Shown here piece after piece: positions 9,797 through 18,708 of a DNA stretch of 64,000 nucleotides. Position 1 is the stretch's first letter. Each line of letters begins with the position of its first letter. The notes beneath the pieces were generated by a model. The model was not told the DNA's origin. It saw nothing but the letters and a program-made list of their open reading frames with translations, and did no database searches. A program made the position numbers and the translations under genes. Origin of the DNA: Candidatus Aminicenantes bacterium (GTDB lineage: Bacteria; Acidobacteriota; Aminicenantia; Aminicenantales; UBA4085); NCBI GenBank assembly GCA_026393855.1, contig JAPKZJ010000011.1, forward strand, positions 5,761-69,760. Direction: 5' to 3'.

Positions 9797-11902
9797 ATGA
9801 AGAAACGAACCGTATTCATCCTGATCGTCCTGATGGCCTTCCTGGCCGGCGTTTCCGGCGCCCAGGATCGCCTCAAGACGTACCCCGGCTACGAGCAGTA
9901 CGCCAAGATGAGCAAGGAGCTCCAGGGCGGCGGTGCGGGCGGAGCCCGGGCCGGCATGATGGGCATGGGCGGCATCCGCTGGGCCGAGGACGGCAAGTCC
10001 TTCACCTTCCCGAAGGACGGCAAGACCTGGAAATTCGACCTGGCGACCAAGAAGGCCGCCGAGGCCCCGGCCCCCACCGGCCAGGCGCCCGACCGGGCCA
10101 TGATGCGGGCCGGTGTGGAGCGCGGCCGCCAGATGGCCGAGGCCCTGTCTCCGGACAAGAAGTGGAAGGCCCTCTACAAGGACCGCAACCTCTGGATGGC
10201 CGACGGCGAGGGCAAAAACGAGATTCCCGTCACCACCGAGGGCAACGAGAAGGCTCGCATCAAATACGCCACGGCCAGCTGGGTCTACGGCGAAGAACTG
10301 GCCCAGACGACGGCCATGTGGTGGTCGCCCGATTCCACCAAGATCGCCTTTTACCGATTCGACGAGAGCAAAGTCCCCGATTACATCCTCCAGATGGATC
10401 AGGTCAAGCTTTACAGCAAGGCCGACATCGAGGCTTATCCCAAGGCCGGCCAGCCCAACCCGATCGCCGAGATCTATATTTACGACGTCGCCGCCAAGAC
10501 GACCGTCAAGATCGACGCCCGCGACGGCAAGCCCTTCGACGACGGTGTGGTCGGCCACTACATCTATCGGGTCAATTGGACCCCCGACGGCAAAGAGCTG
10601 ATGTTCACCCGGACCAACCGACGCCAGAACATCCTCGAGCTCACGGCGGCCGATCCCGCCACCGGGAAGGTCCGCGTCATCCTGCGCGAGGAATGGCCCA
10701 CGGGCTGGGTCGAGAACAGCCCCCCGATGACCTGGCTCAAGGACAACAAGCGGTTCCTCTGGATCTCCGAGCGAAGCGGCTTCCGTAACTTCTACCTCTA
10801 TGACGTCGGCGGCAAGCTCCTGGCCACCGTGACGAACCACCCCTTTGAAGTCGCCAATGTCGTCAAGGTCGATGAGGCCGCCGGCCAGCTCTACTACATG
10901 GCCCGCGACGGCGCCAACCACATGATGATGCAGCTCCATCGCGTCGGCCTGGACGGCAAGAAGGATGTCCGGCTGACCGATCCGGCCTTCAATCACCAGG
11001 CGTCCCTGTCGCCGGACGGAAAGTATTTCGTCGACACGGCCCAGACCCACGACGTCGCTCCGATCATCCGGCTGATGGATGCCAAGGGCAAGCTGGTGGC
11101 CGATCTGGCCAAGACCGACACCTCCAAGACCGACGCCCTGGGCTTCCGGAAAGCGGAGCTGTTCAAGTTCAAGGCCGCCGATGGGACGACCGACCTCTAC
11201 GGCGTCCTGCAGTTTCCCTCCAACTTCGACCCGGCCAAAAAGTACCCGCTGCTGGTCAGCGTCTACGCCGGACCCGGCTGGAACGGCGCCCGCGAGTCGT
11301 ACATGGCTCCGACCGCGCTCTGCGAGTACGGCTTCCTGGTGGCCTCCTTCGACTTCCGCGGCTCCTCCGGCCGCGGCAAGAAGGCCATGGACTCGATCTA
11401 CCTGAAGCTCGGCGTCGTGGAGATGGACGACCAGGCGGCCGGCGTCAAGTCCCTCTACGACCGGCCCTACTTCGACAAGACCCGGGTCGGCGTCTTTGGC
11501 ACGTCCTACGGCGGCTACGCCTCGGCCATGTGCCTGCTGCGCCACCCCGACGTCTTCACCGCCGCCTGCGCCCAGTCCTCCGTCACCTCCTGGTACCAGT
11601 ATGACTCGATCTACACCGAGCGATACATGTGGATTCCGCAGGAGAACAAGGAAGGCTACGAGGCCGGCAGCGCCATGACCTACGCCAAAAACCTCAAAGG
11701 CCGGCTGATGCTCTACTACGGCACGGCGGACAACAACGTCCACCCGACCAACGCCATGCAACTCATCACCGCCCTGCAGGCGGCCGGCAAGAACTTCGAA
11801 GTCCAGGTCGGCCCCGACCGCGGACACACCGCCGTCAACAACGACCGGATGATGGAGTTCTTCATCGAAAACCTGATGATGAAGACCGTCCCGCTGAACT
11901 GA
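9797..11902 (+). CDS. S9B dipeptidyl-peptidase IV family serine peptidase (secreted)
   Basis: 701 aa. AGAGGAG RBS. Signal peptide. DPP-IV N-terminal propeller-like region. Catalytic GTSYGGY serine motif, then the block YGTADNNVHP (Asp and His). Confidence 0.85.
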   Translation: MKKRTVFILIVLMAFLAGVSGAQDRLKTYPGYEQYAKMSKELQGGGAGGARAGMMGMGGIRWAEDGKSFTFPKDGKTWKFDLATKKAAEAPAPTGQAPDRAMMRAGVERGRQMAEALSPDKKWKALYKDRNLWMADGEGKNEIPVTTEGNEKARIKYATASWVYGEELAQTTAMWWSPDSTKIAFYRFDESKVPDYILQMDQVKLYSKADIEAYPKAGQPNPIAEIYIYDVAAKTTVKIDARDGKPFDDGVVGHYIYRVNWTPDGKELMFTRTNRRQNILELTAADPATGKVRVILREEWPTGWVENSPPMTWLKDNKRFLWISERSGFRNFYLYDVGGKLLATVTNHPFEVANVVKVDEAAGQLYYMARDGANHMMMQLHRVGLDGKKDVRLTDPAFNHQASLSPDGKYFVDTAQTHDVAPIIRLMDAKGKLVADLAKTDTSKTDALGFRKAELFKFKAADGTTDLYGVLQFPSNFDPAKKYPLLVSVYAGPGWNGARESYMAPTALCEYGFLVASFDFRGSSGRGKKAMDSIYLKLGVVEMDDQAAGVKSLYDRPYFDKTRVGVFGTSYGGYASAMCLLRHPDVFTAACAQSSVTSWYQYDSIYTERYMWIPQENKEGYEAGSAMTYAKNLKGRLMLYYGTADNNVHPTNAMQLITALQAAGKNFEVQVGPDRGHTAVNNDRMMEFFIENLMMKTVPLN

Positions 11903-11907
11903 ATCCT

Positions 11908-11942
11908 TTGGAGGGGGAACCTTTTGTGGGTTCCCCCTCCAA
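11908..11942. terminator. Perfect 14-bp hairpin between convergent genes (putative terminator, no clear U-tract)
   Basis: TTGGAGGGGGAACC (11908-11921), 7-nt loop, GGTTCCCCCTCCAA (11929-11942). It starts 6 nt after the DPP-IV stop codon. Confidence 0.5.
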
Positions 11943-11990
11943 CGGCCGGGCCGCACGTCCTGCCACCCCCTCATGCCAGCCTTTGCCGTT

Positions 11991-12013
11991 TGAAAACGAT
12001 TTTATCGTTTTCA
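11991..12013. terminator. 10-bp hairpin downstream of xdhB (putative terminator)
   Basis: TGAAAACGAT-TTT-ATCGTTTTCA, located 28 nt beyond the xdhB stop on the minus strand. No U-tract. Confidence 0.35.
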
Positions 12014-12040
12014 GAGAAGACGGAATAATTACCGGTTTCC

Positions 12041-14311
12041 TTAATCCCCGTCACCGGCGAATGCCTCCGGCCAAAGAGCCATAAACGTCCTCTCGGCTGT
12101 CAGGGGGGCCTTGAAGGCCAAGGGCATTTCCGGGCGGAACGCGCGCAGGGCCTCGAGGATCGCGTAATACGCCCCGATCCCGTACATCAGCGGCGGCTCG
12201 CCCACGGTCTTGGATCCCATGATCCCGGCCGGAGGCATGGGGCCGTCAAGAAAGGCGACGGTCATTTCGGGAGTGTCGTGGATATCGGGGACTTTATACG
12301 TCGCCAGGCTGTCGGTCAGAAGCTTCCCCTCGGGCGAAAAGACGAGCTCCTCGCTCGTCATCCAGCCGATCCCCTGCATGACGGCGCCCTCGATCTGTCC
12401 GAGGTCGACGGCCGGGTCGAGGCTGCGGCCGACGTCGTGCACGATCTTGACGGAATCGATGCGCGGGACTCCGCGCAGCCCGTCGACGGTCGCCTCGATC
12501 AGGGCGGTTCCGACGGCATGGTAGGCGAAGGGGCGGCCCTTCTCCTTCGTTTTGTCGAAATAGATGCCGGGCGTCGCGTAGCTCGCGTAGGCCGACAACG
12601 GAATGCGGCGGGCGTAGGCCCAGGCGACGAGCCTCTCCCAGGACATATCCAATCGCTCGTGGGCGCAGGCGACTTCCTCGCGCTCGACGTGGACGTGCTC
12701 CACCGGACAGCCGCGATCCGCCGCGATCGCCTGCTTCAGGCGCTCCAGGATCTGGCGGCAGGCCAGGCGGGTCGCCTCGCCGTTCAGGTCGGCGCCGCTG
12801 CTCGCCGCGGTGGGCGAAGTGTTTGCGACCCGGCTGGTGTTGGTGCTCTCCATTCGGACCCGGTCAAGATGGATGCCGAAGGTGTGAGCCGCGACCCGAC
12901 GGATCTTGCGGTGGACGCCCTGGCCCATCTCCACCGCCGCGGTCGAAACGCCGACGCTGCCGTCGGTGTACACGTGGACCAGGCTGGCGGCCTGGTTGAG
13001 CATGGTGTTGGTGAACGAGATGCCGAAGCAGACCGGCATCACGGCCAAGCCTTTCTTGGTCAGGGCGTGATCGCGGTTGAACGCTTCGACCCGGGCCCGG
13101 CATGAGGCGAAGTCGTGACGCTTGTCGAGCTCGTCCCAGCAGCGAACGGGGCTGTCCGTTTCGAACCGCTGGCCGTACGGCAGCTCGTCGCTCGGGCGGA
13201 GGAGATTCCGGCGCTGGATGTCCGCGGTGGGAAGGCCGAGCTCCTTGGCCGCGTGGGTGATGGCCGCCTCCAGGACGAACATGGCCTGCGGCCCGCCGAA
13301 GCCCCGGAAGGCGGTGAAAGGCGGGAGATGCGTCCGGCAGCTTGCGGCCGTCGCGCGCACGTTCGGGATGAAATAGCTGTTGGTCGCGTGGAACAGCGTC
13401 CGCTCCAGGATGGCGGGCGAGAGATCCGCGCTGGCGCCCGCGTTCTGATAAAAGGTCGTCTCATAGGCCAGGATCTCGCCCTGCTCGGTCAGCCCGATCT
13501 TGTAATCCGAGGAATACGGATGGCGCTTGCCGGTGAAACGCCCGTCCTCCTGGCGGCTCAAGGTCAGCTTGACGGGGCGGCCCAGCCGGAAAGCGGCCAG
13601 GGCGGCCAGCGCGGCCCAGGCCGTGGCCTGATCCTCCTTGCCTCCGAAGCCGCCGCCGAGGCGCGGCACGTCGACTTCCACCTGGTGCATGGCCAGCCCC
13701 AGGACGCGGGCGATGGCGCGCTGGACCGCGGTAGGGGACTGGGTCGCCGAATAGACCTTCAGGCCGCCGTCGTCCCGCGGCAGGGCGAGGGCCGTCTGGG
13801 TCTCCAGGTACATGTGCTCCTGGCCGCCGGAATCGGCGCGGCCGCTGACGACGACGCGGCAGAGAGGCCAAGCCCTGTCCACGTCGCCCATGGCGAATGT
13901 CCGGCCCGGGCCGATGATTTCGCCGCGGGCGAAGGCCTGCCGCGGATCGAATTCGGGCGGAAGCGCTTCGAGGTCGAGCTTGATCAGGGCCCGGGCGGCG
14001 CGGGCGGCGGCAGCGCTCTCCGCGACGATCAGCGCCACGGGCTGGCCGACGAAATCAACCTCGTCCGCGGCCAGCAGGGGCTCGTCCTGGATGATGCTGC
14101 CGATCTGGTTGGCGCCCGGAACGTCGCGGGCCGTCAGCACGGCGACGACACCGGGGTGCGCGGCCGCCGCGGCGGCATCGAGCCGCCGGATCTTGCCGTG
14201 GGCGAGGGGCGAAGGGACGGGAACGGCATGGAGCGTCCCTTGGGGGACGCGGATATCGCGGACATACCGGGCCGCGCCGCGCACGTGCAAGAGGACGTCG
14301 TCGTGCTTCAC
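12041..14311 (-). CDS. xdhB: Xanthine dehydrogenase, molybdopterin-binding subunit
   Basis: 756 aa. GTG start overlaps the xdhA stop (GTGA). GAGGAGGA RBS. Aldehyde oxidase / xanthine dehydrogenase a/b-hammerhead and MoCo-binding pattern throughout. Confidence 0.85.
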   Translation of the reverse strand: MKHDDVLLHVRGAARYVRDIRVPQGTLHAVPVPSPLAHGKIRRLDAAAAAAHPGVVAVLTARDVPGANQIGSIIQDEPLLAADEVDFVGQPVALIVAESAAAARAARALIKLDLEALPPEFDPRQAFARGEIIGPGRTFAMGDVDRAWPLCRVVVSGRADSGGQEHMYLETQTALALPRDDGGLKVYSATQSPTAVQRAIARVLGLAMHQVEVDVPRLGGGFGGKEDQATAWAALAALAAFRLGRPVKLTLSRQEDGRFTGKRHPYSSDYKIGLTEQGEILAYETTFYQNAGASADLSPAILERTLFHATNSYFIPNVRATAASCRTHLPPFTAFRGFGGPQAMFVLEAAITHAAKELGLPTADIQRRNLLRPSDELPYGQRFETDSPVRCWDELDKRHDFASCRARVEAFNRDHALTKKGLAVMPVCFGISFTNTMLNQAASLVHVYTDGSVGVSTAAVEMGQGVHRKIRRVAAHTFGIHLDRVRMESTNTSRVANTSPTAASSGADLNGEATRLACRQILERLKQAIAADRGCPVEHVHVEREEVACAHERLDMSWERLVAWAYARRIPLSAYASYATPGIYFDKTKEKGRPFAYHAVGTALIEATVDGLRGVPRIDSVKIVHDVGRSLDPAVDLGQIEGAVMQGIGWMTSEELVFSPEGKLLTDSLATYKVPDIHDTPEMTVAFLDGPMPPAGIMGSKTVGEPPLMYGIGAYYAILEALRAFRPEMPLAFKAPLTAERTFMALWPEAFAGDGD

Positions 14312-15762
14312 GCGAGATCCTCCTCGCGGATTCTCTCGGGAAAAAGGGCCAGGAAGTGGGCCATGATCAGGCGCGGCAGAAGAGCGCGCTTGTAATCAGC
14401 CGAGCCGCGGACGTCGCTGATCGGCGCGATTTCGCCGGCCGCAGCGGCGGCCGCCGCGCGCGCGGTTTCCGACGAAATCGGCCGGCCTGGAAGCAGCGCG
14501 GAGGCGTTGCGCAGATAGAGCGGGACCGGCGCGACGCCTCCCGCCGCGGCATGCGCCTCGACGATGCGGCCGTCTCGGACGCGGAGCCGGATCGCCGAGC
14601 TGACGCCGGCGATATCCAGATGCGCCCGGCGGGCGACCTTCTCGAAACCGAACCGGGTGTCGGCGTCGGGGACCGGGAAGAGAATTTCGGCGATCATCTC
14701 GTCGGCGGCCAGGTCCAGGACTTTGTAGCCGCGGAAAAAATCGCGGAGAGCGACGGATCTCTTTTTCCTGCCTCGCGCGAGAGCCAGCGTTGCATTCAAG
14801 GCGAGGAACATGACCGAGCAATCGCCCGCCGGCGAGGCGTTGACGATGTTGCCGGCGATCGTGGCCCGGTTGCGGACGGGCCGCGAGGCGATGCGGGCCA
14901 ATTGCCGACCCAGCTCGGGAAATAGCTGTTTGATGATCGGGGACGCCTCGAGCGCGGACAAGGGCGTCGCCGCCCCGATACGAATCTCGCCTCCTTCGAC
15001 GCGGATTCCCTGGAGGTCCTCCCGCCGCGAGAGCAAGGTCGGATCTTCATCGCGGAGCTTTTCGGCCTGGGTCACATAGAGGTCCGTACCGCCCGCGACT
15101 AAAACAGGGGAGTGGCCGCGCTGCTTCTCGGCCGGGGCCTCGTCCGCGGCGGATTTATTCAAAACACCGAGACGGACGGGCGCATCGAGAAAATACTCCG
15201 GCAGAATCCCGCGCGAGACGAGCGCGGCGACTCGCTCCTTGGAGGACGGTTCGCCGGCTGGTTCGAGGTCGTGGAATTGCGCGCTCAAGCGGGCGATCGC
15301 CCGGCGGATGGCCACATGACCCGTGCAACGGCAGATGTTGCCGCCCAGCTCGGCGATCCCGTCGGCCTCGGTCACGGGCGCGCCGCCGAGAAGGAATCCG
15401 GTCAGGGCGACGACGAGTCCGGGCGTGCAGAACCCGCATTGGATCGCGCCCTCGTCGACAAGGGCTTGTTGGACCGGACTTAAGTCGGCCTGATTGAGGC
15501 CCTCGATGGTCACGATATGGCGTCCCGCCGCCTCGCCCAGGGGGAGAAGGCAGGAGTTGACGGTTCGGTAGATGATTCCGTCACCCTGCGCGATGCCGAG
15601 AAGGACCAGACACGAACCGCAGTCGCCTTCGCGGCAAGCGTCCTTTGTCCCGGTGAGTCCGAGGTCGTCCCGCAGTATGTCCAGGAGCACGTTCCCGAGG
15701 CTCCGGGGGATAATCTGCTCCCGGTCGTTGAGGAGAAACAATTTGCCTGCCACTGCGGACAA
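14308..15762 (-). CDS. xdhA: Xanthine dehydrogenase small subunit (two [2Fe-2S] domains plus FAD-binding domain)
   Basis: 484 aa. Motifs CREGDCGSCLV, GFCTPG and CRCTGH, followed by an FAD-binding domain. The ORF-track start is TTG 15762. GTG 15753 is more consistent with the promoter immediately upstream. Confidence 0.85.
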   Translation of the reverse strand: MSAVAGKLFLLNDREQIIPRSLGNVLLDILRDDLGLTGTKDACREGDCGSCLVLLGIAQGDGIIYRTVNSCLLPLGEAAGRHIVTIEGLNQADLSPVQQALVDEGAIQCGFCTPGLVVALTGFLLGGAPVTEADGIAELGGNICRCTGHVAIRRAIARLSAQFHDLEPAGEPSSKERVAALVSRGILPEYFLDAPVRLGVLNKSAADEAPAEKQRGHSPVLVAGGTDLYVTQAEKLRDEDPTLLSRREDLQGIRVEGGEIRIGAATPLSALEASPIIKQLFPELGRQLARIASRPVRNRATIAGNIVNASPAGDCSVMFLALNATLALARGRKKRSVALRDFFRGYKVLDLAADEMIAEILFPVPDADTRFGFEKVARRAHLDIAGVSSAIRLRVRDGRIVEAHAAAGGVAPVPLYLRNASALLPGRPISSETARAAAAAAAGEIAPISDVRGSADYKRALLPRLIMAHFLALFPERIREEDLA

Positions 15763-15793
15763 GCATAGATTCCGGTTTAATTCATGTCAAGGA
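15757..15793 (-). promoter_or_regulatory. Promoter/operator block of xdhAB, shared with the 13-kb purine operon
   Basis: On the minus strand: TCCTTGACAT, 9 nt, CGGAATCTATGCTTGTCC. That gives -35 TTGACA (15790-15785), a 17-nt spacer and -10 TATGCT (15767-15762). The 18-mer and the 10-mer are identical to 31827-31863. Confidence 0.6.
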
Positions 15794-15834
15794 CGATTGG
15801 CCGAGCGGCGCAGCCCGCGGCTATCCTCTCATTC

Positions 15835-15864
15835 TTGATTTCGGTCCGAGGTCGGTAGTAGTGT
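15835..15864 (+). promoter_or_regulatory. Candidate promoter of the LOG-family gene (leaderless configuration)
   Basis: TTGATT (15835-15840), 18-nt spacer, TAGTGT (15859-15864), then 6 nt and ATG 15871. No SD. Confidence 0.35.
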
Positions 15865-15870
15865 GGACCT

Positions 15871-16452
15871 ATGAAAATCTGCATTTATTGCGCTTCGAGC
15901 GCCACGGTCGACAAGTCCTATTTCGAAGCGACGGAAAGACTCGCCAAAGAGCTGCTCAAAGAAAACATCGACGTCGTCTGCGGCGGCGGAGCCGAGGGGC
16001 TCATGGGCCAGCTCGCCGATACGATCCTGGCCGGCGGCGGGCGGATCAAGGGCATCATGCCCAAGTTCATGAACGAGGTGGAATGGGCCCACAAAGGGAT
16101 CTCGGACCTCGAGCTGACCGAGACGATGCACGAGCGAAAGGCCAAGTTCCTGGAGGGTGTGGACGGCCTGGTGGCCCTGCCTGGGGGGACCGGGACGCTC
16201 GAGGAATTGCTGGAAGCCATCACCCTGAAGAGGTTGGGCCTGTTCACCAAGCCCATCATCATCCTCAACACGAACGGGTATTACGAGCCACTGCGCCAGA
16301 TGTTGGGAAAGGCCGTCCGCGAGAATTTTATGCACCCCAGGCATCTCAAGATGTGGGCCTTCGTCGACGAGCCCGAGGACGTCGTTCCCGCCATTCGGAA
16401 CGCGGCTCCCTGGGGCAAGGAAGCGATCGATTTCGCCGTGAATCGCAAGTAA
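15871..16452 (+). CDS. LOG / TIGR00730-family protein (nucleotide 5'-monophosphate nucleosidase, PpnN/LOG-like)
   Basis: 193 aa. Family motifs VCGGGAEGLMG and ALPGGTGTLEEL. Confidence 0.8.
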   Translation: MKICIYCASSATVDKSYFEATERLAKELLKENIDVVCGGGAEGLMGQLADTILAGGGRIKGIMPKFMNEVEWAHKGISDLELTETMHERKAKFLEGVDGLVALPGGTGTLEELLEAITLKRLGLFTKPIIILNTNGYYEPLRQMLGKAVRENFMHPRHLKMWAFVDEPEDVVPAIRNAAPWGKEAIDFAVNRK

Positions 16453-16482
16453 GCGCCCGCCTGGCTCCCTCAGGAGAAGCGA

Positions 16483-17139
16483 ATGATCCGCGTCAAAGTC
16501 TGTTGCATCAGCTCGGTTGAGGAAGCGCGCCTGGCCGTGCGCCTGGGGGCGTCGGCGTTGGGCCTAGTGTCCGAGATGCCCAGCGGCCCTGGCGTCATAT
16601 CTGAGGCGCTGATCGCGGAAATCGCGGCCACGGTGCCGCCTCCGATCGCGACGTTTCTTCTCACCAGCCGAATCGATCCCAAGGAGATCGTCGCCCAACA
16701 AAAGCGTTGCGGAGTCAATACGATCCAGATGTGCGATCGCCTTCCATCAGGAGCGTATGCGAAGCTACGCAAAGCACTTCCCGGTGTCTCGCTCGTCCAG
16801 GTTATCCACGTCATCGATGCGGCGTCCGTCGAAGAAGCCGTCGAAGCGGCTCGCGAAGCCGACGCGCTCCTCCTCGATTCCGGCAACCAATTGCTTCCGG
16901 TTAAAGAACTGGGCGGCACGGGGCGGACACACGACTGGACCCTAAGCGCTGAGATCGTAAAGAAGTCGAGGGTTCCGGTCTTTCTCGCCGGCGGATTGAA
17001 TCCCGAAAACGTCGTCGAAGCGATCCGCGAGGTTCGGCCATTCGCGGTCGATCTCTGCTCCGGCGTCCGCACAGGCGGGATGCTGGACGAACAAAAGCTC
17101 GCTCGGTTCATGGTCGCCGTCTCGGCCGTCAGTCAGTAA
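16483..17139 (+). CDS. trpF: Phosphoribosylanthranilate isomerase-family protein (stand-alone)
   Basis: 218 aa. MIRVKVCCISSVEEARLAVRLGASALGLV and FLAGGLNPENV are typical of the PRAI TIM barrel. No other trp genes lie nearby. Confidence 0.7.
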   Translation: MIRVKVCCISSVEEARLAVRLGASALGLVSEMPSGPGVISEALIAEIAATVPPPIATFLLTSRIDPKEIVAQQKRCGVNTIQMCDRLPSGAYAKLRKALPGVSLVQVIHVIDAASVEEAVEAAREADALLLDSGNQLLPVKELGGTGRTHDWTLSAEIVKKSRVPVFLAGGLNPENVVEAIREVRPFAVDLCSGVRTGGMLDEQKLARFMVAVSAVSQ

Positions 17140-17164
17140 AGCCTGCACGGGGCTTCGTTTTTTT
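17139..17164 (+). terminator. Putative intrinsic terminator after trpF
   Basis: Short stem AAGCC/GGCTT (17139-17143 / 17151-17155) followed by CG and a T7 run (17158-17164). Confidence 0.45.
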
Positions 17165-17244
17165 GCAGAGTTCATCTTTACCCACAACTTAAAACGGGTC
17201 TGCAGATATGCCTCTTCGGCCGCGGCCGGAGAAGTGCGTTGACC

Positions 17245-17284
17245 TTGACATTATATGTATTTATATATATATTTCAGTATGTAT
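17245..17284 (+). promoter_or_regulatory. Promoter and likely operator of the Phd/PIN TA module
   Basis: TTGACA (17245-17250), 17-nt spacer, TATATT (17268-17273). Direct repeats TATGTAT at 17254-17260 and 17278-17284 flank the -10. The region is strongly AT-rich. Confidence 0.5.
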
Positions 17285-17307
17285 ATTAGAGGCTTGCGAG
17301 TCAACCC

Positions 17308-17598
17308 ATGAACAAGATTATCGGCGTCACGGACCTTCAGAGACGATTCCGCAAAACTTTTGACGAGGTTGCCGAGGAGCATGTCCCCTATGTGCTCACT
17401 CGCGGCAGCCGTCCCGAGGCTGTTCTTGTCCCCTACGAGCAGTACCTCCGGTTTCTCCGCTCGGATGAAGAGGGCATTCTTAAGCGATTCGACGCCCTTC
17501 TGGCCCGCATGGCGGCCGCCAATGACCGCTTTTCCGAGGAAGAAGTCGATAAAGACGTGGCCGATGCGGTGCGGGACGTCCGGAAGCGGAAGGCGTGA
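17308..17598 (+). CDS. Type II antitoxin, Phd/YefM family
   Basis: 96 aa. The start MNKIIGVTDLQRRFRKTFDEVAEEHVPYVLTRGSRPEAVLVPYEQY is typical of Phd/YefM. The stop overlaps the toxin start (GTGA). Confidence 0.8.
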   Translation: MNKIIGVTDLQRRFRKTFDEVAEEHVPYVLTRGSRPEAVLVPYEQYLRFLRSDEEGILKRFDALLARMAAANDRFSEEEVDKDVADAVRDVRKRKA

Positions 17599-18026
17599 AA
17601 GTCCGCGCGGTCATCGATACGAACGTCGTCGTTTCCGCATTGATCCGTCCGAAAGGCCCGGCCGCGGTTCTTTGGCGGCGCCTCTGTGAGGGCGCCTTCA
17701 CGGCCGTTTTTTCCACCGAGCTCATTGATGAGATCGCCGCTGTCCTTGGCCGACCTAAAATCCGGACGCGTTACGGCACAACGCCTAAGGACCTGGAAGT
17801 TATCGCCGCCTTATTCGCCTTGCGAGGCGACCTCGTGGCCTGCGGAGAGAGGGTCCGGATCTGTCGCGATCCCAACGATGACTTTCTTCTCGAAACCGCA
17901 GTTTCGGGGAAAGCCGATTATCTTGTCTCGGGCGATGAGGATCTTCTCACGCTTAAGAAGTTCCGCCAAACCAGGATCGTGAAGCCGGCGGCTTTCTTGG
18001 CCGCGATCGAAAAAGCCGGCCGCTGA
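17595..18026 (+). CDS. PIN-domain toxin (TIGR00305-like)
   Basis: 143 aa. VIDTNVVVSALIRPKGPAA, ..DDFLLETAVSGKADYLVSGDEDLL (acidic PIN residues). Translationally coupled to the antitoxin. Confidence 0.8.
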   Translation: MKVRAVIDTNVVVSALIRPKGPAAVLWRRLCEGAFTAVFSTELIDEIAAVLGRPKIRTRYGTTPKDLEVIAALFALRGDLVACGERVRICRDPNDDFLLETAVSGKADYLVSGDEDLLTLKKFRQTRIVKPAAFLAAIEKAGR

Positions 18027-18185
18027 CGCTGGGTACCTGTCACCCAATCCCAGTCATCGGTATTGACAGCTTCAGAATTTCGGTGATAGCCTCTGTTTAT
18101 AGTTGGGGGGGGCGTTTCAAGAAGAAATCCTTCTCGTTTTTTCCGTATCCGCTGGCGGGAATAGCTTTTAGAGGGGGTTGACCCG

Positions 18186-18599
18186 ATGTCGAACACGAGC
18201 GAATTCGAAGTTAGGAAAAACAAAGCGCTTGAGCTCTTGGCGGCCACAGGCATGCGGCGGTCGGTCTATATGCCGCTTGGTTTAAGGCTTCTATGGCGAC
18301 TGGGCGTTAGAGTCCCGCCTCCTCACTTCGTCAGATTCCGGGTGCTGGCATTAGTATCCGGGCTATATTTCGCCATCACCTATCGTTTGGCTATATGGTT
18401 CGTGGATTGCATAATAAGAGGCAGGACTCAATCGACCTTTTCTTGGGTATTTATTGCAATTACCGCCGTCCTATATGGCGTATTGATGTCGATGTATTAT
18501 GAACATGGCCGCAGAAAGTACCTGCTTCCGAGCTGGTCCAGCTTGGAAAATAGTCGGAATCTCAGCAGCGATGAAAGAGGGCCTGCTCAATCGATCTGA
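18186..18599 (+). CDS. Hypothetical membrane protein (about 3 TM segments), low-GC
   Basis: 137 aa. GGGGG RBS. Has hydrophobic segments. Visibly lower GC than its surroundings. I recognise no family. Confidence 0.5.
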   Translation: MSNTSEFEVRKNKALELLAATGMRRSVYMPLGLRLLWRLGVRVPPPHFVRFRVLALVSGLYFAITYRLAIWFVDCIIRGRTQSTFSWVFIAITAVLYGVLMSMYYEHGRRKYLLPSWSSLENSRNLSSDERGPAQSI

Positions 18600-18708
18600 C
18601 GGCTACCAGGCCCGCATGGCTGCCGCCAATGACCATTTTTCCGAGTATGGAGTCGACAAGGAGGTTGCCGACGCGATTCGGGAAGTCCGTAAAGAGAAGA
18701 AATATTAA
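18577..18708 (+). pseudogene. Remnant of a second Phd/YefM antitoxin (C-terminal half only)
   Basis: EGLLNRSDGYQARMAAANDHFSEYGVDKEVADAIREVRKEKKY aligns by hand with residues about 55-96 of the antitoxin at 17308 (28 of 43 positions identical). The N-terminal DNA-binding half and a partner toxin are absent. Confidence 0.6.

Noticed and set aside
9779-11974. 731-aa ORF antisense to the DPP-IV gene
   Set aside because: It is a mirror-frame artefact of GC-rich coding DNA (Gly/Val/Asp/Arg-rich, no motifs). The plus-strand protein has clear S9 catalytic motifs and an RBS.
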